Source: an uncultured bacterium (lineage in GTDB: Bacteria; Fidelibacterota; Marinisomatia; Marinisomatales; JACNKV01). From it: DNA of 64,000 nucleotides. Numbering within the stretch: position 1 is the first letter of the stretch; every line of letters starts with the position of its first letter. The position numbers and the translations under genes are program-made. Under the pieces are notes generated by a model. It did not search any database, was not told where the DNA came from, and was given only the letters and a program-made list of their open reading frames with translations. Below are positions 63,482 to 64,000 of this stretch, piece after piece. The DNA is taken from the NCBI GenBank assembly GCA_964422145.1, contig CAYQZV010000002.1, positions 150,817 to 214,816 of the forward strand, given 5' to 3'.

Positions 63482-64000
63482 TTAATATTGTTCGTTTATT
63501 TGTTTTCCGGTATCTGGATTAACAAATTGGATATTTCTTTTCAAACCGCTGAATTTTGTTCTTTTGATTGCAGAACCCTTGAATAATTTACGAAAATCCT
63601 CTTCATTCATTGCATCCCAATCATCCTTGGACCAATTCGTAAACGGTTCCCGCGGATAAAAAAGTACCTCATCGGTTTGCTGTTGTGATTTATGATTCCA
63701 AGGACAAACATCCTGACAAATGTCACACCCGTAAATCCAGTCTTTAAATTGATGTTTCATATCCTCGGGTAATTCCTTTTTGTGTTCGATGGTCCAAAAT
63801 GAGATACATTTTTCCGCATTAAGCTGTCCATCGACTAATGCGTTTGTCGGGCAGACGTCCAAACATGCGGTGCACGTCCCGCAGAGATCGTCTTCAAAAG
63901 ACGGATCGGGTGTCAGATCAATATCCAAGATCAACTCCCCGAGAAACACCCAGCTTCCGTACTCTCTGGTAATCAAATTGGTGTGTTTACCCATCCAGCC
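63482..64000 (-). CDS. queG: epoxyqueuosine reductase QueG (C-terminal part; 5' end outside the window)
   Basis: GWMGKHTNLI..GSWVFLGE, two ferredoxin-type clusters CGTCTACLDVCP and CDICQDVCPWN. The frame is open to the window edge. Confidence 0.88.
   Translation of the reverse strand, partial: GWMGKHTNLITREYGSWVFLGELILDIDLTPDPSFEDDLCGTCTACLDVCPTNALVDGQLNAEKCISFWTIEHKKELPEDMKHQFKDWIYGCDICQDVCPWNHKSQQQTDEVLFYPREPFTNWSKDDWDAMNEEDFRKLFKGSAIKRTKFSGLKRNIQFVNPDTGKQINEQY

Overview
The window is about 64 kb of bacterial chromosome. The gene content suggests an uncultured FCB-superphylum-like organism: a T9SS C-terminal sorting domain, PPi-dependent PFK, ThyX, and an L21 with a Lys-rich tail. I support about 66 CDSs. 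I recognised no rRNA, tRNA, CRISPR array, transposase or integrase.

The flanks are housekeeping or metabolic:
- greA
- a TetR-MMPL-ABC-LolA-like-OMP export operon
- a translationally coupled operon: unknown, thiamine pyrophosphokinase, Na/solute symporter, CYTH, Na/Pi-PhoU
- fba and pfp
- acetoacetyl-CoA synthetase
- a CitD-CitE fusion next to a DASS transporter
- PrpD-family protein, CDF transporter, MCM large subunit, thyX, radC, rng, rplU-rpmA
- an ECF sigma envelope module
- elbB and queG

Two regions stand out.

(1) 21.2-27.3 kb is a regulator-linked cluster: KamA-type radical-SAM aminomutase, 3-oxoacid CoA-transferase A/B, class-III aminotransferase, and a PaaJ/PcaF-type thiolase. It reads as a compact beta-amino-acid to beta-keto-acid to thiolysis route. 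It lacks the canonical lysine-fermentation genes.

(2) 27.3-41.0 kb is a visibly AT-richer island in which every gene is on the minus strand. It contains:
- a DUF5343-like plus Swt1-type HEPN pair
- three secreted proteins, one of them T9SS cargo
- a tightly coupled four-gene ubiquitin-like conjugation operon: single beta-grasp Ubl, Prok-E2, a JAB-E1 fusion, and a small Cys/Ser/His protein
- a 1-kb cassette of three tiny genes bracketed by an ~80-nt repeated element
- a TPR/HTH regulator with a lipoprotein

The ubiquitin-like operon and its neighbours are my best candidate for the interesting system. All family assignments are from motif reading and memory, not from searches.
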